From positions 608,001 through 672,000 of the forward strand of contig OZ250165.1 in assembly GCA_965238005.1 (NCBI GenBank): DNA of 64,000 nucleotides, given 5' to 3'. Positions 55,107 to 64,000 of this stretch are shown in pieces; the first letter of the stretch is position 1; each line of letters begins with the position of its first letter. The position numbers and the translations under genes were made by a program. The stretch is from Longimicrobiales bacterium (lineage in GTDB: Bacteria > Gemmatimonadota > Gemmatimonadetes > Longimicrobiales > Gaopeijiaceae). The notes under the pieces were generated by a model. The model was given only the letters and a program-made list of their open reading frames with translations, was not told the origin of the DNA and did not search any database.

Positions 55107-55250
55107 TGTACACTCTCAACTTGTGTCCACAGCCCTCTCTTCACCTTAGAAGATCTGGGCCACCTCCTAGTGTCCGATGATGTCGGAGGACTCGAATCGG
55201 GTCTCCGGGCCGGGTCCACGCGACCCTCTCCCGATTATAGCCGACTTCGA

Positions 55251-56051
55251 TCAGCCATCCGTGAACCAGCCCGGATCTTCGACCGGCGGCCACTCGATGC
55301 TGAATTCCTCACAAACCCTCTGCCAAGTAGCCGCCCCGAGGATACTCGCCGCAATGATATCCCGCTCTTTGGCTGTCCGATGAGGGAGACTAGGCACTAG
55401 TAATTCAGGCCTAAGCTGTTCATCTGAGGCTGAGGACCATCGCTCCGATACCAGCATCGGATCAGGCCTCTCTCCCTCCACTAGAAGCAGCCCTATCACC
55501 CTTCGACCGCCAGCCACTTCCCACGCAGCGTCCATGTGGCGGACCAACTGACTTCGCTTCTCCATGAAAGTCGTCTTGCTGGTGGTAGATCGTTCGGTGC
55601 GCTTTCCCTCCACAACCAGAACGATACTGTCGGTCTCGATATAGGCGTCCGGACAGGACTCGCCTTCGAGAACGAACCATTTCTTTCCCTTCTCTCCGGC
55701 GCGCAACCGTGTGAGTGCTTCCTGCACTACATCGGGATCACGGTGAGCCAGCGCCAGTCGCTTCCGGCGGGTCCCCTCACTCGTATCAGACTTAGCTACC
55801 GCCTCGGGCGTGATATTCTGGATCAGCCACTCCAACAGTCCCAGGGGTGGTGAGAGGGGCAACTCGTTCTCTCCCCACGTTCGGGGATGGCCCGGTACGA
55901 GTTCGCCAACGGAGCTGGGTAAGTCGACCTTATTCGCCCTTGAGCCAAGACGGATCAGACGGTCGAGCCAGACAGCTCCCGTCGGATCACAGTCGAAGAG
56001 TCTGTCGAACACTGGAGCCACTCGAGTCTTCGAAGAGTCAAGTCTTCCCAT
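55251..56051 (-). CDS. Putative PD-(D/E)XK nuclease
   Basis: EGESCPDAYIET...VVEGKRTE...SQLVR. Confidence 0.65.
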   Translation of the reverse strand: MGRLDSSKTRVAPVFDRLFDCDPTGAVWLDRLIRLGSRANKVDLPSSVGELVPGHPRTWGENELPLSPPLGLLEWLIQNITPEAVAKSDTSEGTRRKRLALAHRDPDVVQEALTRLRAGEKGKKWFVLEGESCPDAYIETDSIVLVVEGKRTERSTTSKTTFMEKRSQLVRHMDAAWEVAGGRRVIGLLLVEGERPDPMLVSERWSSASDEQLRPELLVPSLPHRTAKERDIIAASILGAATWQRVCEEFSIEWPPVEDPGWFTDG

Positions 56052-56242
56052 CTTTCTCTCTCAGCAACCTTGCCTGACCGTCCGCTTGTCCGCCCGATCC
56101 GGCTCACACTCAATGTGCGACGCAACTTCCGGGTGCTTAGGATGGATCGAACAGGTGGCGAATCACTACGCGACGGGCGGTCAACAGGGCTTGAATCTGA
56201 CATCCGAGTGCGGGCATGGTGCCCGGACCCGGGGGCTACGTA

Positions 56243-57030
56243 CTAGATCGCCAGCTTGAGCACTCGGTTGGGCATTGGACCACCTGGAGCTTCGAGCGCG
56301 TCCGCGAGCCGATAAAGGTCGCGCGGGTGCATGCCGAGCCTTCCGGCATACCAGACCTTGCACTCGAGGCCGTCGATGACGGTCTCCCCGTCTTCGGGAT
56401 AATTTTTGTCGGCGCCGTAGAACAGAAGCGTCTGTCCGCCGTACATCCACCACGTCGCGTACCCGGGCGGATGCGTCGCCTTGAATCTGCTGAATTCCTC
56501 TCGGTCCGCGCGGTGTTCATCCCACGCAACATGCGGAGCAACCCGAATTACGACAAGACCGACCGACGCGGGGACCAGTCCCCAGTCTCCGTGCTGGTCG
56601 TTCCCGGGATCGCGTGAACCATGACTGACGTCCGCCCCCAACCGCTTCAGCCGCTCAGCCCCGGAGAAGAAGGCGTAAACGTCGAGCATCGTCTGAACGA
56701 CGACCGGGAGAAAGATGGGATACGGCGTGTCCTTCACCAGGTTTCCGCCCTTCAGCGACGGCTCCCTGAGCATCGTCGTCGGCTCAGCGAAGTACCTCGT
56801 GTCCATGTAGACGGAGCTGCCGAAACTCTGTCCATACACACCCAGTACGCTCTCAACCGTAGGGTGGTCAGCCCCTAAAGCGTTGATGGGTGCATTCAGA
56901 ACGCCGTCATAGAATCGCCGGTCTACCTCATCGCGGTGCTCATCCTCCAACTCACCGTAGAGGTCTTGCAGGCCATGTCCGACGATCGGTTTTTCCGAGC
57001 GAATCAAGTCTGCCTTCAACGCGAGCTCGG
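56243..57030 (-). pseudogene. HEPN-like protein, 5'-truncated
   Basis: AELALKA...GHGL..LY..L...TRY; abuts the integrase fragment. Confidence 0.5.
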
Positions 57031-57035
57031 CGGCC

Positions 57036-58002
57036 CGAATGGCTCGCCAAGCACTCGCCCAACTGGTCCACGGGTTGGGTTCGGCGGCTTGAACGCGAGC
57101 TTGGGCGGGAGGTCTTCCCCTACATCGGCGCGAGTCCGGTCGCCCAACTCACGGCGCCGGACCTGCTGGCCGTGGTCCGCCGCGTCGAGGCACGCGGCCA
57201 CCTGAGGAAGGCGCACACCGTCTTCCAGGTCTGCGGGAGGGTCCTGCGCTACGCGGTGGCGACGGGACGTGCAGAGCGGGACGTGTCGTCGGACCTGCGC
57301 GGGGCGCTGCCACCCGTCAAGACGAAGCACTTCGCGGCGATCACCGACCCGAAGGAGGTCGGTCCGTTGCTCCGGCAGTTAGACGGCTACTCCGGGACGC
57401 TGCCCGTTCGATGCGCGCTCCGTCTCGCACCGCTGGTGTTCGTACGCCTCGGCGAGTTGGTCACGGCGGAGTGGGTCGGCATCGACCTTGAGGGGGCCGA
57501 GTGGCGCTACACGGTAACGAAGACCGGCAGGCCGCATGTGGTGCCCTTGGCGCGTCAGGCGGTCGCGATCCTGCGCGAGGTTCATCCCATGACGGGGCAC
57601 CACCGCTACGTCTTTCCGAACGCGCGTTTTCCATACCGGGAGCTGCCGATGAGCCGTGGCACGCTCTGGAGCGCGTTCCGGGCTTTGGACATCCCGAAGG
57701 AGCGGATGACGATGCACGGGTTCCGCGCGATGGCGCGCACGATTCTGGACGAAGTGCTGGAGTTCCGGCCCGACTTCATCGAGCACCAGTTGGCCCACGC
57801 GGTGCGGGATCCCAACGGCCGGGCCTACAACCGGACGGCGTTCCTACCCGAACGGCGCGTGATGATGCAGGCTTGGGCCGACTATCTGGACCGGCTCCGG
57901 GCCGGGAAGATCGAGCCCGGACCTCACAAGGCACCGCTGGCCCGCAACCCAACGTCACGTGGGACGCGTAACACCGACATAGGGCTCGTCGTTTCGCGTT
58001 AG
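57036..58002 (+). pseudogene. P4/IntA-type tyrosine integrase lacking its N-terminal arm domain
   Basis: Catalytic residues present: FVRLGE, KTG..H, HGFR, LAH, AYN; no valid start or arm domain. Confidence 0.9.
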
Positions 58003-58118
58003 AGAAAGGGAAATGATTACGATGGGTGTACGAGCCACTCGGGTTCGTCGAGAGGGTCATGCCATTCCATCCTGCTGGGGGTCTTGCGGGGAAGTCTTAC
58101 ACAATGTAAGATAGAATC

Positions 58119-58412
58119 ATGGACGAGATTCCGAAGTTGTCGAAGAAGGAGGCGGTCATCCTCCACCTCCTTGTGAACCAGGGCAGCATGTATGGCTTGG
58201 AGATGATCCGTGCGAGCGACGAATTGAAGCGCGGCACTGTCTATGTGACTCTGGGCCGGATGGCGGAAAAGGGCTACGTCGAGTCCAACCTGGAGGACGC
58301 ACCCGAGGGCGGAGTCGCTCGGAGAGTCTATCAGGCCACCGGACACGGCAAGCGCGTCCTTAGCTTTTGGGAGCGAATGCGGTCGCTCGCCCCCTCCTGG
58401 AGCACGGCATGA
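58119..58412 (+). CDS. PadR-family transcriptional regulator
   Basis: YGLEM...GTVYVTL.RM..KGYV...RRVYQATGHG. Confidence 0.9.
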   Translation: MDEIPKLSKKEAVILHLLVNQGSMYGLEMIRASDELKRGTVYVTLGRMAEKGYVESNLEDAPEGGVARRVYQATGHGKRVLSFWERMRSLAPSWSTA

Positions 58413-59419
58413 ACGGCTTCCACGACACCTCCGGGCTCCTTCGTCAGATAGAGGCTCTGAGCACCGCGACGGAGAGCATTCGTCGAACGCAGAAAGCGCT
58501 GGACTGCTCTCCCGTGCTGGAAGGAGTCCGAAGAGCGCAGGAGGCGCTGGACAACTCCCAGCTGTCCGAGAGCATTCTTCGGACGCAGAAGGCGCTCGAC
58601 TGCTCTCCCATGCTGGAAGGAATCCGAAGAGCGCAGGAGGCCTTGGACAACTCCCAGCTGTTCGAGAGCATTCGCCGGACGCAGAAGGCGCTCGACTGCT
58701 CTCCCATGCTGGAAGGAATCCGAAGAGCGCAGGAGGCCTTGGACAACTCCCAGCTGTTCGAGAGCATTCGCCGGACGCAGAAGGCGCTCGACTGTTCTCC
58801 CATGCTGGAAGGAATCCGAAGAGCGCAGGAGGCCTTGGACAACTCCCAGCTGTTCGAGAGCATTCGCCGGACGCAGAAGGCGCTCGACTGTTCTCCCATG
58901 CTGGAAGGAATCCGAAGAACGCAGGCGGCCCTGGACAACTCAAGCCTGGCCCTCCATAGAGTCGTCCGCCAGATGGCGAAGGCAAACGCTCTGGACTTCC
59001 GCGTTGGACATACTGGGAACCGCCTGGCTACTCACGTAACTGAGGTTGCAGTGACGAGAGAAAAAGCGCAGGGGCGCGATCTGCGTGGTCGGCGACTAGG
59101 AGAATTCGGGCAAACCGCTACGAACTGGCTCGTGCGGTTGGCGAGTCGCCGAAGAGTCCGACGGCCGGTTGGTTCCTCACTGCGCGGCGTCGCCGAGTTC
59201 GTTGTCTCCAAGAAGTCCTACGAGCAAATCTACGACCCGCTAATCAGTGACTTGCGGTTGGAGTATTTCGAGGCCTTGGCTGCGAATCGCAGGTGGAAGG
59301 CACGGTGGGTGCGCGCCCGGGGATACGGAAGCTTCTTGACAGCGGGGTTAGCCCACGCCGCTGCGTCGGGCGGTCATCATGTTGTTCGGGTGTGCCGAAT
59401 CTTCTGGGCGGCCGGATAG
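58409..59419 (+). CDS. Tandem-repeat protein with a permease-prefix-like C-terminal helical domain
   Basis: ATGA overlap with padR; five 32-aa repeats; C-terminal LISDLRLEY.E. Confidence 0.7.
   Translation: MNGFHDTSGLLRQIEALSTATESIRRTQKALDCSPVLEGVRRAQEALDNSQLSESILRTQKALDCSPMLEGIRRAQEALDNSQLFESIRRTQKALDCSPMLEGIRRAQEALDNSQLFESIRRTQKALDCSPMLEGIRRAQEALDNSQLFESIRRTQKALDCSPMLEGIRRTQAALDNSSLALHRVVRQMAKANALDFRVGHTGNRLATHVTEVAVTREKAQGRDLRGRRLGEFGQTATNWLVRLASRRRVRRPVGSSLRGVAEFVVSKKSYEQIYDPLISDLRLEYFEALAANRRWKARWVRARGYGSFLTAGLAHAAASGGHHVVRVCRIFWAAG
58472..58942 (+). repeat. 96-bp tandem repeat x5 (two 48-bp subunits)
   Basis: Units start at 58472, 58568, 58664, 58760, 58856; ESIRRTQKALDCSPML-EGIRRAQEALDNSQLF. 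Confidence 0.97.
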
Positions 59420-59550
59420 AGGTAGGAGTAGGGTAATCGCCTGAAACCCCGGCCCTCGTCGAGTTCAGGGTGTGCACGGCTGGTGCCGCCCTTATCGGCT
59501 CGGCCCATAGTCGCGCTCTCGACCATGCCGACGCGTCAGATCCGAGGGCC

Positions 59551-59727
59551 TCACGACCTCTCGGCGAGCGTCCTGTAGTAATCGGCCAAGCGCGTCATCT
59601 GCCCTTCGAGCCGCTCGACTTGTCTCTGCAAGGCTTCGACCTGCTCGGATTGCCGCCGCTGTTCCCTCTCGTACTGCGCGGACAACCTCTTCAAGCCCGC
59701 CGTCAAATGCCGTTCCAACTCGGTCAT
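59551..59727 (-). CDS. MbeD-like coiled-coil protein nested in the relaxase gene (58 aa)
   Basis: MTELERHLTAGLKRLSAQY, compare MbeD MTELE..L..AL..LQQ.Y; GAGGA RBS. Confidence 0.75.
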   Translation of the reverse strand: MTELERHLTAGLKRLSAQYEREQRRQSEQVEALQRQVERLEGQMTRLADYYRTLAERS

Positions 59728-59736
59728 ACAGATTCC

Positions 59737-60231
59737 TCACTCTCTCGACAGCTTCACGGCAGGCCGACCGCGCACGGTCCAAGGCGGACCGTCCAGCGAG
59801 CCCGTCGGCAGCACCACGAACCGCTCACCCTCGATCTCCCGGAGCGTAATCCCCCAAGTTCCCTCCTCGATCCGGGCCAGCGACTGGCGCGCCTGCTCGA
59901 TGCGGAATTCGAGCGCGCCGGCGGTCTCGATGCTGGACTGGACGCGCGCCGACAACCAGTGCGTCGTCGCCCAACTCCCGCCGAAGATGCCGAGCCAGAG
60001 GCTCAGGCCGACCACCAGCGGCCGGAGCCAAGCCCTGAGCAGCAGCGCGCGCATCCGCCCGGTCGCCTCTTCCGTATCGCGCTCGATGGTACGCAGCGCG
60101 TTCCTCGCGACGCGCCGCGAGTTCTCGCCGAGCCGCTTGAGCTCGCTCGCGGTCAGGTCCTCGATCTCCCGGCGTTCGGACGCCAGCCGTCTCCGCAATC
60201 GCTCGGTCAAGTCGTTCGCGGTTGAAGTCAT
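59737..60231 (-). CDS. MbeB-like protein nested in the relaxase gene
   Basis: Coiled coil, one TM segment, TWGI...FVVLP; nested position as in ColE1. Confidence 0.75.
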   Translation of the reverse strand: MTSTANDLTERLRRRLASERREIEDLTASELKRLGENSRRVARNALRTIERDTEEATGRMRALLLRAWLRPLVVGLSLWLGIFGGSWATTHWLSARVQSSIETAGALEFRIEQARQSLARIEEGTWGITLREIEGERFVVLPTGSLDGPPWTVRGRPAVKLSRE

Positions 60232-60958
60232 TTGCGTACATCTCCCCTTTCAGCCGCCAGCGGTCCCCGGTCTCGGGATCCAGCGCGGTCAGATAGTCCT
60301 TGCCTTGACGCGGTATTTCCAGCCCGGCCTCCCGCAGGGCGCTGACGACATCCGCACGGTTCCGCACCGTGCCGTTCTCGACACGCTGGAGCAGGTAGTC
60401 CCGGATCAGGTCGCGGGGGGCGGCCTCGACGGCGAGGCCGGCGCGCAGCCGCGTCGCCTCGATGTAGGCGCGGTGTCCGGGTTGCTGCGCCCGCGCCCGC
60501 GCCGGGTCGTCCGGCCGGCTCCAGCCGTGTTCGGCATTGAAGGCGTCGTGGAGCGGGCCGAAGGTCTTCTCCCAGCCGGGCGGGGCGATGTTGAGGCTCC
60601 GACCGGTCTCCAGGTCGCATCGTGCGGCGAGGACATGCACGTGAGCGCCGCCGCCGCGCTCGCGGTGCAGCACGGCCGCCCACGCGTAGCGGTCGGGCTC
60701 CAACCCCGCCCAGGCCGTCCGCTCGAACTATCCAGAACCGCGCCGATCTGCGCGTCGGTGGGAGCGTCGTCGGGTGCCCAGGCGATCACGCCGGAGGTGT
60801 ACTTGTGATCGAACGCCAGCGCGTCGGCCATCGCAGCCACTTGGTGGGGATCTCCCCGGAGCACCTCGACGCCCTCGCGCGGCTGCCCGGCCGCGTCCCG
60901 CGCACCGAGCAGGTAGCCGGCCGCCGCCCCTGCCGAGCCGGTTCCGCGGGCGAGGAAC

Positions 60959-61083
60959 TTAACGAGCATCGGACTCCGGGTTGCCAGCGGGCTTCAACGC
61001 CGCGAGCGCCCGTTCCGTGGCGACCAAGTAGGCGATCACCTCGACCGCCTCGGCAGCAGTCTTGTGGGTGTTGGCCCAGCGGA
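60959..61083 (-). pseudogene. MobC/MbeC C-terminal fragment
   Basis: RWANTHK...VEVIAYLVATERAL; overlaps the relaxase start; cut at the att-arm-like repeat. Confidence 0.7.
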
Positions 61084-61084
61084 T

Positions 61085-61217
61085 CGCCAGAGGCCTGAAT
61101 CACGGCAGGAGATCACGTAAGTTCATACAGGACTGCACGATCTGCCACTCTTGCCGTTGGCGCGCATCTGATCCGACCGTCCCGAAATACCGGGAAAACC
61201 GTGTAGTATGGCGGGAA
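61085..61217. repeat. att-arm-like element, family 2 copy B
   Basis: Matches 44649-44782 at offset about 16435. Confidence 0.8.
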
Positions 61218-61483
61218 GCAGAGGCATAGCCGGGGGGGGGGCGTGTGGTGCACGCAGGGCCGTCTGATGGTGACGGCGTTCCCGTGTCCGGAAAACCGCA
61301 ACCCTACAGCCCCCACTCGTACGATCGGGCCGGAGACGACTGGTACGGTTGTCGAGCTAGAGACTGGGCGATTCGACCTCCACAGGCATCAAGCGAGACC
61401 GCAAGTCTTCTGACGTGAGGGCCGGCAGCTGTTGCGCACCAGAGCAACCGTGCAAGTTCCTCGATGCACCTGACCCCGGTGTA

Positions 61484-61741
61484 ACGCCTGACTTGAAGCC
61501 GATCATGTTCCAACAGTATCCACAGAAGGACGTGAACGAATCCGTCCTGCTCCACGAGGGAAGGTTCCGCGTTCGGGCGGGCGATCGTTGCATTGAGCCG
61601 AGCGGCTCGGCGCACCTGGGATGGCTGCCGTCACCGGGCATCGAGTTCGACATCGAGACAGACGTGCCACATGCCGGATTCGGTCTCGATTCCACCGTGG
61701 AACTGCCGGGCTGCAGGACGAAGAAGGTTCCATCGGGATGA
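61484..61741 (+). pseudogene. Possible ApeA-like N-terminal fragment
   Basis: NESVLLHEG...WLPSPGIEF pattern recalled from ApeA/HEPN N-terminal domains. Confidence 0.3.
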
Positions 61742-62066
61742 ATGAGCAGGGAAATGGCTTCAAACAGCGGGAAGCGGGAAGCGCGAACCGCGACCGTCGC
61801 GACCGTACACAGCCCACGATCCGTACACGCCTTCGAGACGTTGCCCGAGTTCCTGGGCGAGTTGTAGCAAAGACAGCTTCCGACGCGCTATCTTCTCTCC
61901 TTAGACGGTGGTCATTCTCGTTCTGCTCTCCCGTTGGTTGTTGAGTCGTTTTGAGCACTTCTCCACTAACCCCGGCGAGGTCGGTCTGGCGACCGCCCTT
62001 TCTTCTGGCCTACTGTCAGGTGATTAACGTACTACAACAGCCGGGAAGCCCTTTGGAGGCGCGTCC

Positions 62067-64000
62067 ATGAAGAGGGCGGCCAACGTTCCGGAGATTCTCT
62101 TTCCAACGCTGCTCGCGCTGCTGGCGGCGGCGTGTTCGGGTGACGCGGCAGACCTGACAGCCCCCGAGCCCGACGGGCCGAACCGAGCCCCGGTCGCTGT
62201 GGGCTCAATCCCCGCCGTGACGGTGGCGGTTGGAGAGACGGTGGTGGTGGACGCGGCCGCCTACTTCTCCGATCCGGACGGCGACGGGCTGTCGTACGCG
62301 GCGGTTTCGTCGGACCCGGCCCTTGCAACGGTGGCGGTCGCGGGCAGCGCCGTGACGGTCGCCGGGGTGGCGAAGGGGACCGCGACGGTCACGGTCACGG
62401 CCAGCGACGGTGGCGGCGGGACGGCGCAACAGGCCTTTGCCGTCGCGGTCCCGAACCGAGCTCCGGAGGTTGTGGGTTCCACCCCCGCCGTGACGGTGGC
62501 GGTTGGAGAGACGGTGGTGGTGGACGCGGCCGCCTACTTCTCCGATCCGGACAGCGACGGGCTGTCGTACGCGGCGGTTTCGTCGGACCCGGCCCTTGCA
62601 ACGGTGGCGGTTGCGGGAAGCACGGTGACGGTCACTGGGGTGGCGAAGGGGGCCGCGACGGTCACGGTCACGGCCAGCGACGGCGGCGGCGGCGCGGCGC
62701 AACAGGCCTTCGAGGTCACGATCCCGAACCGCGCTCCGGTCGCTGTGGGCTCCCTTCCCGCCGTGACGGTGGCGCTCGGAGAGACGGCGGTGGTCGACGC
62801 GGCGGCCTACTTCTCCGATCCGGACGGCGACGGGCTGTCGTACGCGGTGGTTTCGTCGGATCGCTCACGCGTGACGGTGGCGCCGGTTGCGGGAAGCACG
62901 GTGACGGTCGCCGGGGTGGGGCAGGGGACTGCGACGGTCACGGTCACGGCCAGCGACGGCGACGGCGGGGCGGCGCACCAAGCCTTCGCTGTCACGGTCC
63001 CGAACCGGCCCCCGGAGGTGACGGCGGAAGGGGGGGATGTGGTTCTCGAGGTCGGAGGCGCGGCGTGGGACGTGAACCTGATTTACTGGTTTTCGGACCC
63101 GGACGGGGACCGGCTGGCGTATGCCGCGACCACGAGCGACGTGGCGATCGCTACGGCCTCAGTGTCGGGCAACACTCTGACAATCGCGGCGGGTGTGGCG
63201 CCGGGCACAGCAACGGTGACGGTCACGGCGGCCGATCCCGGCGGGCTGACGGCGCGGGCAACGGTCGCCGTGACCGTATCGGGCGACCGTGCCGCTTTGG
63301 AGGCGTTCTATCACGCGACTGGGGGTCCGGGGGGTCCGGGATGGACAGGGGGAAACGCGGGCGTAGGGTGGCTCTCAGACCGCCCGTTGGGTGAATGGAA
63401 TGCGGTAACGACTGGTCCAGACGGCCGGGTGACCGGTCTCGACAAGAACAACAGCCGCCTCTCCGGCCGGATCCCCCCGGAGTTGGGGTATCTCTCCAGC
63501 CTCGAGTATTTGAACCTCTTCGCCAACAACCTGACTGGCCCGATCCCGCCCGAGATCGGTAACCTCACGGCGCTGCGGACGCTGCTGCTCGGCAGCAACC
63601 GCCTGAGCGGCCCGATCCCGCCCGAGATCGGCAACCTCACACGGCTGGAGGAGCTGCGCCTCGGCAGCAACCGCCTGACTGGCCCGATCCCGCCCGAGAT
63701 CGGTAACCTCACGGCGGTCGAGGTGCTGCATCTCAACCGTAACGCCCTGAGCGGTCCGATTCCCCCCGAGATCGGCAAACTCGGGGCCCTGGAATGGCTG
63801 TTGCTCAACCTCAACGCCCTGAGCGGCCCGATCCCGCCGGAGCTCGGCGGCCTCACGGCGCTGCGGACACTGTACCTCACCACCAACCGCCTGAGCGGCC
63901 CGATCCCGCCCGAGCTCAGCAACCTGCGCTGGCTCCGCGATCTGGACCTAGAAGACAACCGTCTCACCGGCCCGATTCCACCAGAGTTGGGCAGTCTCGT
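62067..64000 (+). CDS. Lipoprotein with four Ig/cadherin-like repeats and plant-type LRRs (runs off window end)
   Basis: GGAGG RBS; LLAAAC lipobox; PNRAP...YFSDPDGD units at 62178, 62451, 62724, 63000; 24-aa LxxLxLxxNxLxGPIPPEIG repeats from about 63450. Confidence 0.93.
   Translation, partial: MKRAANVPEILFPTLLALLAAACSGDAADLTAPEPDGPNRAPVAVGSIPAVTVAVGETVVVDAAAYFSDPDGDGLSYAAVSSDPALATVAVAGSAVTVAGVAKGTATVTVTASDGGGGTAQQAFAVAVPNRAPEVVGSTPAVTVAVGETVVVDAAAYFSDPDSDGLSYAAVSSDPALATVAVAGSTVTVTGVAKGAATVTVTASDGGGGAAQQAFEVTIPNRAPVAVGSLPAVTVALGETAVVDAAAYFSDPDGDGLSYAVVSSDRSRVTVAPVAGSTVTVAGVGQGTATVTVTASDGDGGAAHQAFAVTVPNRPPEVTAEGGDVVLEVGGAAWDVNLIYWFSDPDGDRLAYAATTSDVAIATASVSGNTLTIAAGVAPGTATVTVTAADPGGLTARATVAVTVSGDRAALEAFYHATGGPGGPGWTGGNAGVGWLSDRPLGEWNAVTTGPDGRVTGLDKNNSRLSGRIPPELGYLSSLEYLNLFANNLTGPIPPEIGNLTALRTLLLGSNRLSGPIPPEIGNLTRLEELRLGSNRLTGPIPPEIGNLTAVEVLHLNRNALSGPIPPEIGKLGALEWLLLNLNALSGPIPPELGGLTALRTLYLTTNRLSGPIPPELSNLRWLRDLDLEDNRLTGPIPPELGSL

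Larger units (their letters stand above)
59492..60969 (-). pseudogene. ColE1 MbeA-like (MOBP) relaxase, disrupted
   Basis: MLVKF..RG.G....YLLG, KYTSGV, LH...HVH; frameshift near 60729; in-frame TGA at 59825. Confidence 0.88.

Noticed and set aside
58472..58942. 96-bp periodic repeat as a CRISPR array
   Set aside because: No unique spacers; unit is a multiple of 3 and lies inside an open reading frame
63450..64000. 72-bp periodicity with variable inserts as CRISPR or a DGR target
   Set aside because: Encodes in-frame 24-aa LRRs; no reverse transcriptase or template repeat seen

Overview
GC-rich bacterial chromosomal window. Gene content suggests Gemmatimonadota, and the Ig-like/LRR lipoprotein suggests a possibly sponge-associated lineage; both are inferences. 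1-14.9 kb is core: the end of one heme-copper oxidase operon (+), a TolB/PD40-amidohydrolase, ctaG, a SAM-I riboswitch upstream of a hom remnant-metX-metB, and a second caa3-type oxidase operon (-) whose ctaD has a frameshift and a nonsense codon. 14.9-33 kb is a mosaic of fused gene fragments around intact islands (M24-fold hydrolase, bioBAFD, aldo/keto reductase, TRAP transporter). 33-61.7 kb is a decayed mobile/defence hotspot. It holds tyrosine integrase pieces, repeated att-arm-like sequences, a tRNA-Ile half, two inverted ColE1-like oriT copies, a ColE1-like mbeC-A-B-D operon with a 3-His relaxase, ArdC, and IS256 and IS3 elements. Its cargo includes HsdM, Doc, VapBC, an Mrr gene split by an inversion, HEPN, PD-(D/E)XK and glycosylase-like genes, a solitary type I-G(I-U)-like CRISPR repeat, and PadR plus a 96-bp repeat protein. 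The window ends in an Ig-like/LRR lipoprotein. All family calls come from motif recognition by eye; no database searches were run.
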